64,000 nt of DNA from Selaginella moellendorffii. Its lineage: Eukaryota > Plantae > Lycopodiophyta. The position numbers and the translations under genes were made by a program. Shown here one piece after another: positions 38,141-50,500 of the stretch (its first letter is position 1; each line of letters begins with the position of its first letter). Under the pieces are notes generated by a model. That model did not search any database and was not told the origin of the DNA. It worked only from the letters and a program-made list of their open reading frames with translations. The DNA is taken from assembly GCF_000143415.4 (NCBI RefSeq), contig NW_003314263.1, forward strand, positions 2,916,041-2,980,040, read 5' to 3'.

Positions 38141-40841
38141 TCTATAGACAAGCGTTGGCCTGTAGTCGCAAGAGCCGCGATTCAGCAGCAGCAGCAGCAG
38201 CTTGAGCCGGAGTTAAATCTCGGAAAGTATCAGGAGTAGAACCACTGTGTTTGAAGTAGCTGTGTTCTCTTTCGGTTCGTCCCAAGCTAGTAAACTGTTC
38301 ATGTCATTCGCTGATAGAGGCTGCTCTTTTTGCTTCATTGGAAGGAGGTTCGTCTTCTGCTGGTTCATTTTGTAGATGTTCTCCTCCACAGTGTTACATA
38401 TCTGGAAATGTCGTCAGTAATTGGAAAACAGAAGAAACGTACGTAACTTACAATGAATCTATGTACAAGTGTCTTAAGACGTTGGCCAATCCGGTGGACT
38501 AGATTGATAGCCTGAGCTTCTACTGCCGGAGTGAGCAAAGGCTCCACCAAAATAACGTGTTCTCTATTAAGTTCAGGCCATTGGCACCATGTTGTATGGG
38601 TAGTAACATGACTTGGATGTTCTCCTTAAATTCCAAGATGGAAGAACCCATTTGTCTGTGAAAAACACAAAACGAGCACATGAGTAAGAGTAAAACAGAT
38701 TATCGATATTACCTGAGAGGCTTTAGTCGAACCCAGCTGAGCTTGTTGCTCTTCAGTGCGTGTTTTAACAAGTCCAGCACTTCTTTCCACGTCGAGAACA
38801 CAAGAATTTTCACAAACGGATCGGGACTAAGAATTCTCCTGACGACAGCTTCAATCTTCAAAGTTGCAAAAGAATTAAAATAAAAAGACGACAAAGCCAG
38901 ATTACCTTTGTTCCGTACGACCCTGCCACGGTTATAGATTTTTCTTCGTCCTCTTCTTCTTCCTGGAGGATTTCCGCAATTTTCGAAGAAGCCGCTTCAG
39001 CATTGGCACAAGCAATATTAGATACATAAGTCTGCTGCACGTTGGACATGCAATGCGCTTGAAATCAGCACCGTTAGCTGGTGCTTTCTGGCGGTCCACA
39101 ATAAGATTCAAACCTGCGAAATAAAATGAAGATTTGCTCAGGAAACCAACAAAGTAAGACACCAAAAACTTACACTTGCCACAAAGCAAATGGCCGCATG
39201 GAAGGACCATTGCTCCAGATTCTATGCCATCGTGGCAAACTGGGCAAATTTCTCCTTCCAAACTGTTATGCCCCTCGTCCTTCTTATTCCTTAGACCCTG
39301 CAATCCGGAAATGAGAGGAGCTGCGAATAGAAGAAAACTTAAGCCTAATACCTTCAAGTATCTGAGCTGCCTCTTCACACGAGATAGATTCTCAACAGCA
39401 ACAAATTTTTCGTTGGTAAGCTCCGCGTTTCTAATTGCTATCTCGTAGCCTTCATCACCAAAAGGATTGCCGTCTGCAGCCTTGGCACCTTGCAAACATA
39501 GCCTTGTTGTCGACATGCTCAGCTCGTCCAATGCAGTTAGAACTAATTGTTGTGCTGTTGTAAAGCGTCTCGCCGCTGCATATTCGCTACGCAATGCCTG
39601 AATTGACATGGTTTGTCAAACAGACTTACAAATAAGCACAGGAGTGTTTACTTCAAGGTGGTTCGTTTCCGCTTTCATGTATGCAAGTAAAATTTTTAAA
39701 ACCATTTCCGTTTCAGAACATCTGTGCGTAACTTGTGAAAAGAAATATTTAAGCTCGAAGCAAAGAAAAACAAAAGAAAAAAGTTTAAAAAACAAAAAGA
39801 AGTTGCCTTACCGCAGCTACTGCTGCTCCTTTTCTCCTGCCTGTGTTCGTCTCAGTTTCCTTGTTTCCCTTATCCAGTGAACGTACTTGAGAAACAAAGG
39901 CGTCTTCTGCAGTAACAATGCCATCTAATTCAGCTGCTCGGGAGCATATTTCTGTTTATCCAAGATTTGCATACTGGCCACTGACGTACTTCCTTCGTAA
40001 TTCGTCGCATTGACTGATCAGCATATCATCCCTCAGAGTTCTTGGAATTTTGCTCAATGCGTCATCCTTGCAGTTTCTGAGTGACTCTTCCAAATTGTGT
40101 AAAATATGGACTTTCTGAAGCGGATCAACTTCAAAATTAGTCGCATTTTCCTCCGCGGCTGCTAGTGCTTCTCGGTCAATGGAGACAGCCATGGGGATGT
40201 TTTCCTCGATAATCGCCAGACCTGCCAGTCCGTTCAACGAATCAACAAGATCTCGTTGAGCTTCTTCTCCTTCAGTTTTAGCTTTTTCAATTAAGACCTG
40301 AAGACTCTAATACCAAGGTTCCTTACCTCCAAGACTTCATCCATCGGCCTGCAATGAGCGTGGTGATGCCTGCAACGAGCGTACTCCCGAACTCCCCACT
40401 TGAGGATGGCAACAAGCTTGTCGCAGCTTCAACAAGGGGTTCATTAACTTTGAGGTATTCATATGATTTAGAGGTCGACCAGCACCTAATGAGTACTTCT
40501 CAATAGCTTCTCTGGCTCTCTTCACGCATTGCTCGTGTTGTTGCCTATAAAAGTGGTTCTCAACACCCGAAAACTTGAGCCATGTAATTCGCTCTTCTTG
40601 AGGAGGAATATCTAGCTGGTCTATGACATCGATCTTCATAGACCGCCACATAATCTCACGGAAAAAGGAATGAGCAAAGTCAACTGCTCCCATTTTTCCT
40701 TCCTGGAGAGCAACGAGTGTTACTTACAATAAAAAGGAAAAAACACATAGTACCTCGCAAGGATGTTTTATAGCTTTGCTGCCACCAAGTATGATTGTCA
40801 AACGGCTCTGCTTGTAAGAATCTAAGCAAGCCATGCAAATC
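38141..40841 (-). pseudogene. SHPRH 3'-half pseudogene (duplicate)
   Basis: RING CPVCHD..CGHLLCGKC, QACCHPQVG and VHRIGQ are present, but there are many deletions (including ~0.6 kb) and no 5' half. Confidence 0.92.
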
Positions 40842-42030
40842 CCTCCTCCTTCCTTCACAGTCTTGTGGAAGACTAGAGCTCCTTTGCCTGGAACTAAACC
40901 CGACTGACTCTCCTTACTGCTCGGCACCGTATAGTTCTCCGTTTCTTCTTTGCATTCCCGCAAGCCCAATGAGTTCCACGAGACATTCTTTGCCCGGTTG
41001 TCCACTGTTACTGACAAGGGCCGAACAATGACGATCTTGTCATGACTGCAAAGCACCAAAGGATCATCACTGGTGTCGCTCACGTGAGGAAGTGTCTCGT
41101 AGACCAGAAACTTGTCCCTGACTGCATGGACGTTCCACTCCTTCCTGCTGTGAAGGTGGAGCTCCTGCCTGTACTGCTTGTGACTCATGATCAGATCCAC
41201 GGAGTTGCTTTCCTTCTTGTAGGCTGTTTAAGTCTTCCTCCCGAGCTGGTGTTGGACTGCTACCATGCTGAATCTATCCAAGCCTACTTGGGGGTCTTTC
41301 TGCTGTCTCGGACGATGTGGCGGCCACAGCTTCCTCGTCTTCACATAGAGATCGTTTCCACGGGGCATGTCTGTGATCACCATGAGATAGTTGCCATCGA
41401 CTCCAAGGATCATGACCATCACCACGTCGTGCCGGAAGCTGGAGATTCTCATGGCCAGCGTAAAGAAATCGAGCGAGAGATATGTGTCATGCTTCATCTT
41501 CTTGACAACCATGTCAACGATCTTGGGCTTAAGACTGTCCAGATTCTCTCTTCTCTCTTTCATTGCATCGAAGTCTAGCGTCTGGAACTAAGAACTGGAT
41601 AGAAACTTGTCAGTTCCCAGTTTAAAAGAAGAACGTATTGGAGGGCTGTGGATTCGGCGGCGAGATAGTGGAAGCTCGGCTTGTTCCTTCCTGCAAGAGG
41701 AGCTTCATGAGTTTTGCAAGTCGATTGATAAGTTAGAAGATATCTTACCAATTTGCTGGAGCTGTGGGAGCTCGATCTGCCCTGCCTCCCCAGATTCTCA
41801 GCTGTGGATGAGAACGAAGCCCTCCAATACGACGATCATGCAGACGGCACCGCTGGAACATTTGCTTCCACGCACTCATGCATCAATGGTATTGCAAGAG
41901 AGGTGAAGCCATCCAGTCCAAGAAATCCCGGGCTAAAGAGCCTGAGCAATCAATCCCGCACTGGATTCTACCGCAGATATGGACAATCACGGCGAGCTGT
42001 CGCAATGGGGACCTAGAAAGGGAAGAAAGA
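40841..42030 (-). pseudogene. Fourth copy of the chimera 5' flank and PPR-derived N-terminus (ATG 41563), fused to the SHPRH remnant
   Basis: MKERRENLDSLKPKIVDMVVKKMKH... matches the 1262 ORF; TAC>TAA stop at 41228; ORF 40724..41200 runs into SHPRH-derived sequence. Confidence 0.85.
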
Positions 42031-43855
42031 ATGTACTTTTTTCCTAAGATCTATAAATTAAATGCATGGAAATAAAAAAGATTGAATGTATAGTATAAGA
42101 ACTAGATGATGAGTGTTGTTGCCCTTCCATTTTCTTCTGTAAAACTATGCTCTAAACAAGACAATTATGACATGCAAACCAAATTCTAATTAATTGAGAG
42201 AAAATGTCATTGAGAGAAACACTGTCAACTCCTTGTTCATTTAATTCAAAATATTCATTGTCCATTAAAAAGGAGAAAAAATTATTTTGAAAGAATATTT
42301 TATTTTATTGCCCTTGAACAAAAAAAGCTATATGCACTTTTGCCCAACATTTAAAGGGCATTTTTAAAAAACACCCATGTAAAATGGCTCAAAAAGGGCC
42401 GAAAGGGCATCAATTTTTTGCCTTTCAGTAATTGCCTTTGGAAATAAATACTAAAAGACAATACCTCATAAGTTTCATGTTTTGGCTTATTATAGAATTT
42501 GAAGATTTTGATCTCATCCACTTGATTGATCCAGTTGTTACTGCATGCAATTCTCATCATTAAAATCAAAATTGAAGCCACCCTTTTTTCACATGGTTCT
42601 GTCTATTTAGGGTTTAGGGTTTATTCTAGAAAAAAGATAAAGGATTAATCACATGCAGCAAATGAATTTTTTTTTTCTAGGCTTTGAAAGAATAAGTATA
42701 CATGTAGCACCCAACAACTAGATGCATTAAACCACAATGCAATGGATGCAAATGGATTTCTTGTCTTTGGTCTAGTAAAGTTCAACAGGCAAAAGTAATT
42801 TTCACATTGGCAAAAGAGAGGGACTCCAAGATTAAAATCAGGACAAGGAAATCAATTTGTATATTGTAAATGCCTCCAGCTGAGCCCACAAATGTGTATA
42901 TATAATCAAAAGAGTTCCCTTGTTGTGCATAAGCTGTTCCAAAATCATTCAATATGTGATATTTCAATACGTATGGTATTACCCATGTTGAGGCCCCGGG
43001 AATCCAAGCCAGAAATTTGAATCGCGGCATCACCTTGTCAAATGCAGACGTGGCACTCACATTGGTCGGAGCCCATTAAAGGATTGAATTTATAGACGGG
43101 CTAGAAACTCTGCCACGCTCGGTTGTTCTCTCGCTGCCTTTGCGAGTTCTTGGTTCTCTGCCGGGGATCCTCCCTCGAGGAAAACACCCATGATTCGATC
43201 GTCTCTTGCCCGGCTCGATTTCATGAGCACTCTCCGTTTGAACGCTCGACTTGCAAATCTTCGATAGAGCAGCTAGGCAGAATTGCGGTCGAGCTCCCAA
43301 CGCAAGATCTTTCGTGCAATCTCTCGCTGCTCCTAAATCTCGATCTGTTCTTCAAGGTTTGGAGGATTTTCTAGCGGTGCCATAGGCCGGAGGACGAAAC
43401 CACTAGCTGTGGAGAAGCCGGAAAGCTCTAGAAACTAAACCCGAGACCAAGATCGATCGATCGGATAGCACATTGCTGTGACAGCGCTGTGAGCTGCTAC
43501 CCTAGTGCTCCCAGCCTGGCCACGTTGAAAGAAGCGCCATGGCCGAGCAGCCCCGCCATGGTCTATTATGACGTGGCATGCCGCTAACCAACGTGGAAAT
43601 TCCGGCCACGTCGCCCTAATTAGGGCGCCACATCCGATCAAAATACTGATGGGACACCTCTCTGGAAGTATATGATTTGTTTCACCACAGAGAGTCAGGC
43701 TAGGTGGCCCCCGATCAGTACAATCCATACGCAACTTTCAAGTCCGGAAAAAACGTGAGATTTTTGTAGAGATCGATCGCATGCCAAGTCATCACATAGA
43801 TAAGACTCTGTCTGACTATAAATCCAAACAGCCCGAGGTTCAGCACCACAACAAC

Positions 43856-44616
43856 ATGGCAGCTTCATTCTTGTTCCTCACTATCCTAAGCTTTCAGCTA
43901 CTTCTGATATCTGCAGGTTGATCTCCAAGTTTTGATTCTTTCTTTCAGGACTGACTTCTTGAATGCCTTGTCAAGATGATTTTGCAGCCAGCGGCCATCG
44001 TCTCCAGGTTTGTAGTGATGCTGTTGTCACTCTGGACGAATGCTCCAATTGCTGTACGCTTGAGCCTGGATGCATATATCTCGAGCCTGGAACTGGCAGT
44101 CCAGTTTGTCTTGGTGGCACCTCCCCTGCTCGTGCTTGCCTCCCAATTTGTCTTCCACCAAAAATCAAAGTCTGCCCATCCCGATGGACTAACCAAATTC
44201 CAATTTCTGTGCTCCCACCGGGTAAGGAGCCTTCGAATGGCTGTCATCTCTACAATTTAAAGACTGGTGCACCACTGCCAAATGGTGATGACAACTCCTG
44301 CTTGAAGGATGCCGTGGAGATTTGTGGAGGCACTGTCCATCCTTGGAAGCCAGGCAGCTGCGCTACTTGTTGCAGCATTCCTCAAGGTTGCTTGGACTTG
44401 GGGCATGGCAAATCGATATGCGTCTCAGGACCTGATAAAACTTGCACGTTCAAATGTGGCTCTGCTTCCTATGTCTGCCCAGGTCCAAAAAGTGTTGCGC
44501 TCGACTTCAACTCTTGCCACACTTGCAGGAAGCCACTCAAGGAAGGTTGCAAGCTCTACAACCGTCAGGGGCACCAGCTGTGCGTCAAGGAGGATGATCT
44601 ACTCCAGCTTGTCTAG
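43856..44616 (+). CDS. Pin-II-type protease inhibitor paralogue; exons 43856-43916, 43988-44616
   Basis: Same signal exon and 71-nt intron; reactive loops CLPIC and CTFKC. Confidence 0.85.
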
Positions 44617-45045
44617 AAGATGATGCTGTATTTATATAAAATAAACAGCTCTGGGCATGGTTGTTTAAATAATGGGTACTTGAAATGTATATATTTATTA
44701 TATATATATAAAGTTTGACAACGCAACTTGTTGTCTGCAATCTCTTTGTAGTCTTGCACTTTCAAAGAAGTTCCAAACAAACCATAATGTTTACTTTCCC
44801 AATATTCTATGTTATAGATCTCAATCATACATCACAATGCATTGGTGTTCAGCTCATCAGCTTCCTCTGAGTTGAAACAACATAAGGCTCGCTCTTGCCA
44901 TATCACATCCATAAGTGCTAATTTGCAGCCTAAGAAAATTCCTAAATACCTGAACTTAAGAAAAAATAAAGCAAAGCAAAAGGCTAGATCCAACGAATCT
45001 TGGTCCTTTTTACCATCCCACTAATGCTCTAATTACATAGTAATT

Positions 45046-47418
45046 CTAAGCATCCATGGTGAGCTCTATAGCAACTTGCTTCTCCCACAGCCAGTCTCTA
45101 AACAAGTTCCCCTCGCACATAAATCTCCCCATGGAGATGAAAGGCTCAAACGGCGAGTCTAGAGCCACCAGCGTCCTGTTCACCGCATGGGTCACCTCCT
45201 TGCTCTTGTCCGACGCGTAGCCACACACGATGATCACTCGCTCCGGCCTCTCGAATCCCCGCGCGAGCTTCCGCCTGGACACGATCAATCCACTGGTGAG
45301 CGCCACCATCGCAGTCCCGGAGCTCATATCCTGGAGCCAGATAAACCACGCTCCCTGCCAGTCCTCCCAGATCCCTCTCGGGTAGAGCTCTGTGGAGGAG
45401 ACACCCTCCCACACGTAGAAGGCCTCGCGAGCGTAGCCAAAGCAGTGGAGATGGTTGACGAGAGCGTCCGCCAGCCATCGGCCCCAGCGAGGAGGCTTGT
45501 CCGTCCTCAGCTTGCGGAAAAACTCCCTCGAGTAGCTCTTGAGCTCTTTGATCGCGCGGAGGCCTTGCAGGATCTCGTTCAGGAACTCGTCCACACCGGG
45601 ATGATCATCTCCTCCTCCTCCTCCTCCTGCTGCTGCTGCTGGTTTCGAGGACGACTTCATCATCTCTCTCACTGCTCTCGAGTCCGCCACCTTGACGCTG
45701 CTCGTGTAGTGGCCCAGGAGGATCGTGTACGTTTGCAGCGTCGGCTCCACGCCTCTCTCCGGCATGACTTTGGTGAGGATGAACTTAGCCGGTTCCACTT
45801 CTCGGGCTTTGAGGTAGCCATCGATGAGCGCGTTGCACATCTCGATGCTTGGACCGGCCTTCGTCTTGCAGGCTTTGTTGAACCATCGCCGGGCTTGCAG
45901 CATAGCTCCGGCTCTCGCCCACGAACTTATGAGCGTGCAGTACGTGAATCGATCTGGAGCGAGGCCGGCCTTTCGTATATCACCCAGGATGTTCTGCGCA
46001 TGGCCGGGGAAGCCGCTGGAACCGTAACTCAGTATCACGTTGTTGTAGACGATCAAGTTTGGCTCTAGGCCGGAGCGGAGGTAGTCTGCGTAGAGCTCTG
46101 CCGCTGCTTTCGAGTCTCGAGCCTTGGCGTACATGTGGATGAGGATGGCGTACGTTGCAGAGGAGAATGGAATCCCCCAGGCTTTCATCTGGTTGGCAGC
46201 TTCCCTGGCGTTTGCGAAGTCCCGCTGCTTGCAGAAGTTGTGGATCATTGTGTTGAACGTCTGCGCGTCGGCATTGCGGGGGGAGGCTCTCAAGTCGAGG
46301 AAGATCCGTTGGAGCTCCTTCCGGGAGCCGAACTTGCCGCACCAGTCGATGAGGAGGCCGAAGGTGCAATTGTCCGGGTGACAGCCAAAGTATGGCATCT
46401 TCCTGTAGAGGTCGAGAGCTTCCTGGATCCGGTTCACTCTTGTGTAGCAGCGGATCATGTTGTTCACTGCAAACGTGTCAAGGCGAAGCCCGAGCTCCTG
46501 GATCTCAACAAAAAGTGCCTCGGCCATGAGATAGTTCCCGTCATCTCCCAAGATCATGATCATCGTCGAGTAGTTTACCAAGTCGTGCTTGAAGCCTGGG
46601 ATCGTCTTGGCCCACGTAAAGAGCTTGAGCGAGAGAGATGCGTCGTGCTTGATCTTCTTGAGAACCACGCAGACCTGGTGGGGGTGCGTTATCCCACGCT
46701 TGAGCCTGTCCAGCTTCTCAACCATCTCGGAGCTCCAGCTCGCTCCTCCTTCCTTCACAGTCTCGTACAAGGCATCGAAGACTAGCGCTCCTTTGCCTGG
46801 AACTAAACCCGGCAGCGCCACCTTACTGCTCGGCACCATATAGTTCCCCGGCAGAGCGATCGTTCCCTCTTTGCCTTCTTCTGGCAAGCTCCACACTGGA
46901 AACGAGTTCCACGACGAGGAAACATTCGTCGCCCGGTTGTCCATTGTTACTGACAGAGGGCGACCAATGACGAACTTGTCGCGACCACAAAGCACCGGAG
47001 GATCATCACCAGTGTCGGTCGCGGGAGGAAGTGTCTCGTAGACCAGAAACTTGTCCCCGACTGCATGGACATTCCACTGCTTCTGTCCCCTGTGAAGATG
47101 GAGCTCGCGCCTGTATTGCTTGTGACCCAGAATCGGACCCACGTAGTTGCCTTCCTGCTCCTCGGCTATGTAAGGCTTCTTCCCGAGCTGGTGTTGGAGT
47201 GCTACCCACTGCCCACTGATTCTATCCAAGCCTGCTTGAGGGTCTGCGCGAACAAAGCGTTCCTGCTCTCGACTTAGTCGCGGACGAGGCGGCGGCCTCA
47301 GCTTCCTACCATACTTCGTCTTCACGTAGAGATCGTCGTCACGGCACAGGTCTCTGATCGCAGCAATCTGTTCCTTCGTCCAGTAGAAGCGAGGAAGGGG
47401 CTGAAACTTGGCACCCAT
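45046..47418 (-). CDS. Intronless PPR-SMR protein (P-class PPR repeats plus C-terminal Smr domain), 790 aa
   Basis: PPR motifs (YSTMIMILG, FNTMIHNFCK, YNNVILSYG, TYCTLISSWARAG, CNALIDGYLK) and Smr-like WFIWLQDMSSGTAMVAL..PERVIIVCG..LDSPF. Confidence 0.93.
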   Translation of the reverse strand: MGAKFQPLPRFYWTKEQIAAIRDLCRDDDLYVKTKYGRKLRPPPRPRLSREQERFVRADPQAGLDRISGQWVALQHQLGKKPYIAEEQEGNYVGPILGHKQYRRELHLHRGQKQWNVHAVGDKFLVYETLPPATDTGDDPPVLCGRDKFVIGRPLSVTMDNRATNVSSSWNSFPVWSLPEEGKEGTIALPGNYMVPSSKVALPGLVPGKGALVFDALYETVKEGGASWSSEMVEKLDRLKRGITHPHQVCVVLKKIKHDASLSLKLFTWAKTIPGFKHDLVNYSTMIMILGDDGNYLMAEALFVEIQELGLRLDTFAVNNMIRCYTRVNRIQEALDLYRKMPYFGCHPDNCTFGLLIDWCGKFGSRKELQRIFLDLRASPRNADAQTFNTMIHNFCKQRDFANAREAANQMKAWGIPFSSATYAILIHMYAKARDSKAAAELYADYLRSGLEPNLIVYNNVILSYGSSGFPGHAQNILGDIRKAGLAPDRFTYCTLISSWARAGAMLQARRWFNKACKTKAGPSIEMCNALIDGYLKAREVEPAKFILTKVMPERGVEPTLQTYTILLGHYTSSVKVADSRAVREMMKSSSKPAAAAGGGGGGDDHPGVDEFLNEILQGLRAIKELKSYSREFFRKLRTDKPPRWGRWLADALVNHLHCFGYAREAFYVWEGVSSTELYPRGIWEDWQGAWFIWLQDMSSGTAMVALTSGLIVSRRKLARGFERPERVIIVCGYASDKSKEVTHAVNRTLVALDSPFEPFISMGRFMCEGNLFRDWLWEKQVAIELTMDA

Positions 47419-47557
47419 CTCTGTTGCTAGCTAGCTAAACCCCGAAAAACTTACCTTTATGAGAAAGCTCATCTTTCGATTAAAGAATGTTCCTTCTCTG
47501 CTAGAAAATACAAAGGTTCAGAATCCGGACATGCAAGAGAAAGTACTTACAAAGAAT

Positions 47558-50500
47558 CTATAGGCAAGCGTTGGCCTGTAGTCGCAAGAGCCGCGATTCA
47601 GCAGCAGCAGCAGCAGCTTGAGCCGGAGTTAAATCTCGGAAAGTATCACGAGTAGAACCACTGGGGGTGTTTGAAGTAGCTGTGTTCTCTTTCGGTTCGT
47701 CCCAAGCTAGTAAGCTGTTCATGTCATTCGCTGAAAGAGGCTGCTCTTTTTGTTTCATTGGAAGGAGGTTCGTCTTCTGCTGGCTCATTTTGTAGATGTT
47801 CTCCTCCACAGTGTTACGTATCTGGAAATGTCGTCAGTAATTGGAAAACAGAAGAAACGTACGTAACTTACAATGAATCTATGTACAAGTGTCTTTAGAC
47901 GTTGGCCAATCCGGTGGACTCGATTGATAGCCTGAGCTTCTACTGCCGGATTGAGCAAAGGCTCCACCAAAATAACGTGTTGGGCCTCTATTAAGTTCAG
48001 GCCATTGGCACCATGTTGTATGGGCAGTAACATGACTTGAATGTTCTCCTTCTTAAATTCCAAGATGGAAGAACCCATTTGTCTGTGAAAAACACAAAAC
48101 GAGCAAATGAGTAAAAGTAAAACAGATTATCGATGTTACCTGCGCTGCTTTAATCGAACCCAGCTGAGCTTGTTGCTCTTCAGTGCGTGTTCTAACAAGT
48201 CCAGCACTTCTTGCCACGTCGAGAACACAAGAATTTTCACAAACGGATCGTCTTCTTTCAGACTAAGAATTCTCCTGACGACAGCTTCAATCTTCAAAGT
48301 TGCAAAAGAATTAAAATAAACAGCAGACGACAAAGCCAGATTACCTTTGTTCCGTACGACCCTGCCACGGTTATAGATTTTTCTTCGTCCTCTTCTTCTT
48401 CCTGGAGGTTTTCCGCAATTTTTGAAGAAGCCCCTTCAGCATTGGCATAAGCAATATTAGAGACATAAGTCTGTTGTCTGCACGTTGGGCATGCAATGCG
48501 CTTGAAATCAGCACCGTTCGCTGGTGCTTTCTGGCGGTTCACAATAAGATTCAAACCTGCGAAATAAAATGAAGATTTGCTCAGGAAACCAACAAAGTAA
48601 GACACCGAAAACTTACACTTGCCACAAAGCAAATGGCCGCACGGAAGGACCATTGCTCCAGATTCTAAGGCATCGTGGCAAACTGGGCAAATTTCTCCTT
48701 CCAAACTGTTATGCCCCTCGTCCTTCTTATTCCTTAGACCCTGCAATCCGGAAATGAGAGGAAGCTGCGAATAAAAGAAAACTTAAGCCTAATACCTTCA
48801 AGTATCTGAGCTGCCTCTTCACACGAGATAGATTCTCAACAGCAACAAATTTTTCGTTGGTAAGCTCCGCGTTTCTAATTGCTATCTCGTAGCCTTCATC
48901 ACCAAAAGGATTGCCGTCTGCAGCCTTGGCACCTTGCAAACATAGCCTTGTTGTCGACATGCTCAGCTCGTCCAATGCAGTTAGAACTAATTGTTGTGCT
49001 GTTGTCAAGCGTCTCGCCGCTGCATATTCGCTACGCAATGCCTGAATTGACATGGTTTGTCAAACAGACTTACAAATAAGCACAGGAGTGTTTACTTCAA
49101 GATACTCGAGATGCTTCTTTGCGGCTTCTATCTCATCCTCAAAGTTCGTTTCCGCCTTCATGTATGCAAGTAAAATCTTTAAAACCATTTCCGTTTCAGA
49201 ACATCTATGCGTAACCTGTGAAAAGAAATATTTAAGCTCGAAGCAAAGAAAAACAAAAGAAAAAAGTTAGAAAAACAAAAACAAGTTGCCTTACCGCAGC
49301 TACTGCTGCTCCTTTTCTCCTGCCTGTGTTCGTCTCAGTTTCCGTGTTTCCCTTAACCAGTGAACGTACTTGAGAAACAAAGGCGTCTTCTGCAGTGACA
49401 ATGCCATCTAATTCAGCTGCTCGGGACGTCAAGTAAAATAGCCTATTTGCATATTTCTGTATCCACACTGACAATGTCAGAAACCACACAAGAAAGAACT
49501 AGATTGTACCTGAAACATGAGATCAATCGCACAATGAACACAAGTTATCCCAGTGTGTCTAGGCTGGCACTGGGAACATTGTCCAGCGCGCTGCACATAA
49601 TCGGGATTCGGATTCTGCATCCCGCCATCCACTTCAAGTAAGCGACTCAGTACGTGGTCACGAGTCTCATGGAGAGCATCCAGCTCCTGGCTTAGTAAGA
49701 ACTTGAGGCCGTTAAGGTCGTGGTATCTACATGCTCACTAGATTACCTTCCGAGAAAGATAAGGAAACATACCTTAGAATAAGACTAGAAGCATTCCGAC
49801 CACCAGCACGATTTACATCTTCCAGCCCGTGCTTTATTCGCTCCAATAGGTGGTCACTTCGTTTGCTCGATGATTGAACCCATGCAAAAGCATCTAGCCA
49901 CCAGCGGCTCCATCTTGAAGATTTATCATCAGACTGAGCAGAAGCAATCTGCAGGATAAAGAAGGGCAACATGAAAAAAAACATTGAAAAGAAATCAATA
50001 ATACCTCTTTGTGTGCAGCGTGAAAGTCTTGCTGAGCCGCAGCAAGATTTGCATACTGGCCACTGACGTACTTCTTTCGTAATTCGTCGCATTGACTGAT
50101 CAGCATATCATCCCTCAGAGTTCTTGGAATTTTGCTCAATGCGTCATCCTTGCAGTTTCTGAGTGACTCTTCCAAATTGTGTAAAATATGCACTTTCTGA
50201 AGCGGATCAACTTCAAAATTAGTCGCATTTTCCTCCGTGGATGCTAGTGCTTCTCGGTAAATGGAGACAGCCATGGGGATGTTTTCCTCGATAATCGCCA
50301 GAGCTGCCAGTCCGTTCAACGAAGCAACAAGACCTCGTTGAGCTTCTTCTCCTTCAGTTTTAGCTTTCTCAATTAGGACCTGAAGAAGAAAACAAGTAAA
50401 TAGCTATAAGAACTCTAACACCAAGGTTCCTTACCTCCAAGACTTCATCCATCGGCAGTGGTGATGCCTGCAACGAGCGTACTCCCGAACTCCCCACTTG

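Larger units (their letters stand above)
33439..40841. repeat. Tandem segmental duplication: degenerate copy of 42712-50938
   Basis: Both copies start caacaactagatgcattaaacc and end ctaagcaagccat(g/a)caaatc; same gene order Pin-II, PPR-SMR, SHPRH 3' half. Confidence 0.95.

Noticed and set aside
45608-45640. (CCT)n(GCT)n microsatellite
   Set aside because: Ordinary coding poly-Ala/poly-Gly linker with minor length variation between copies
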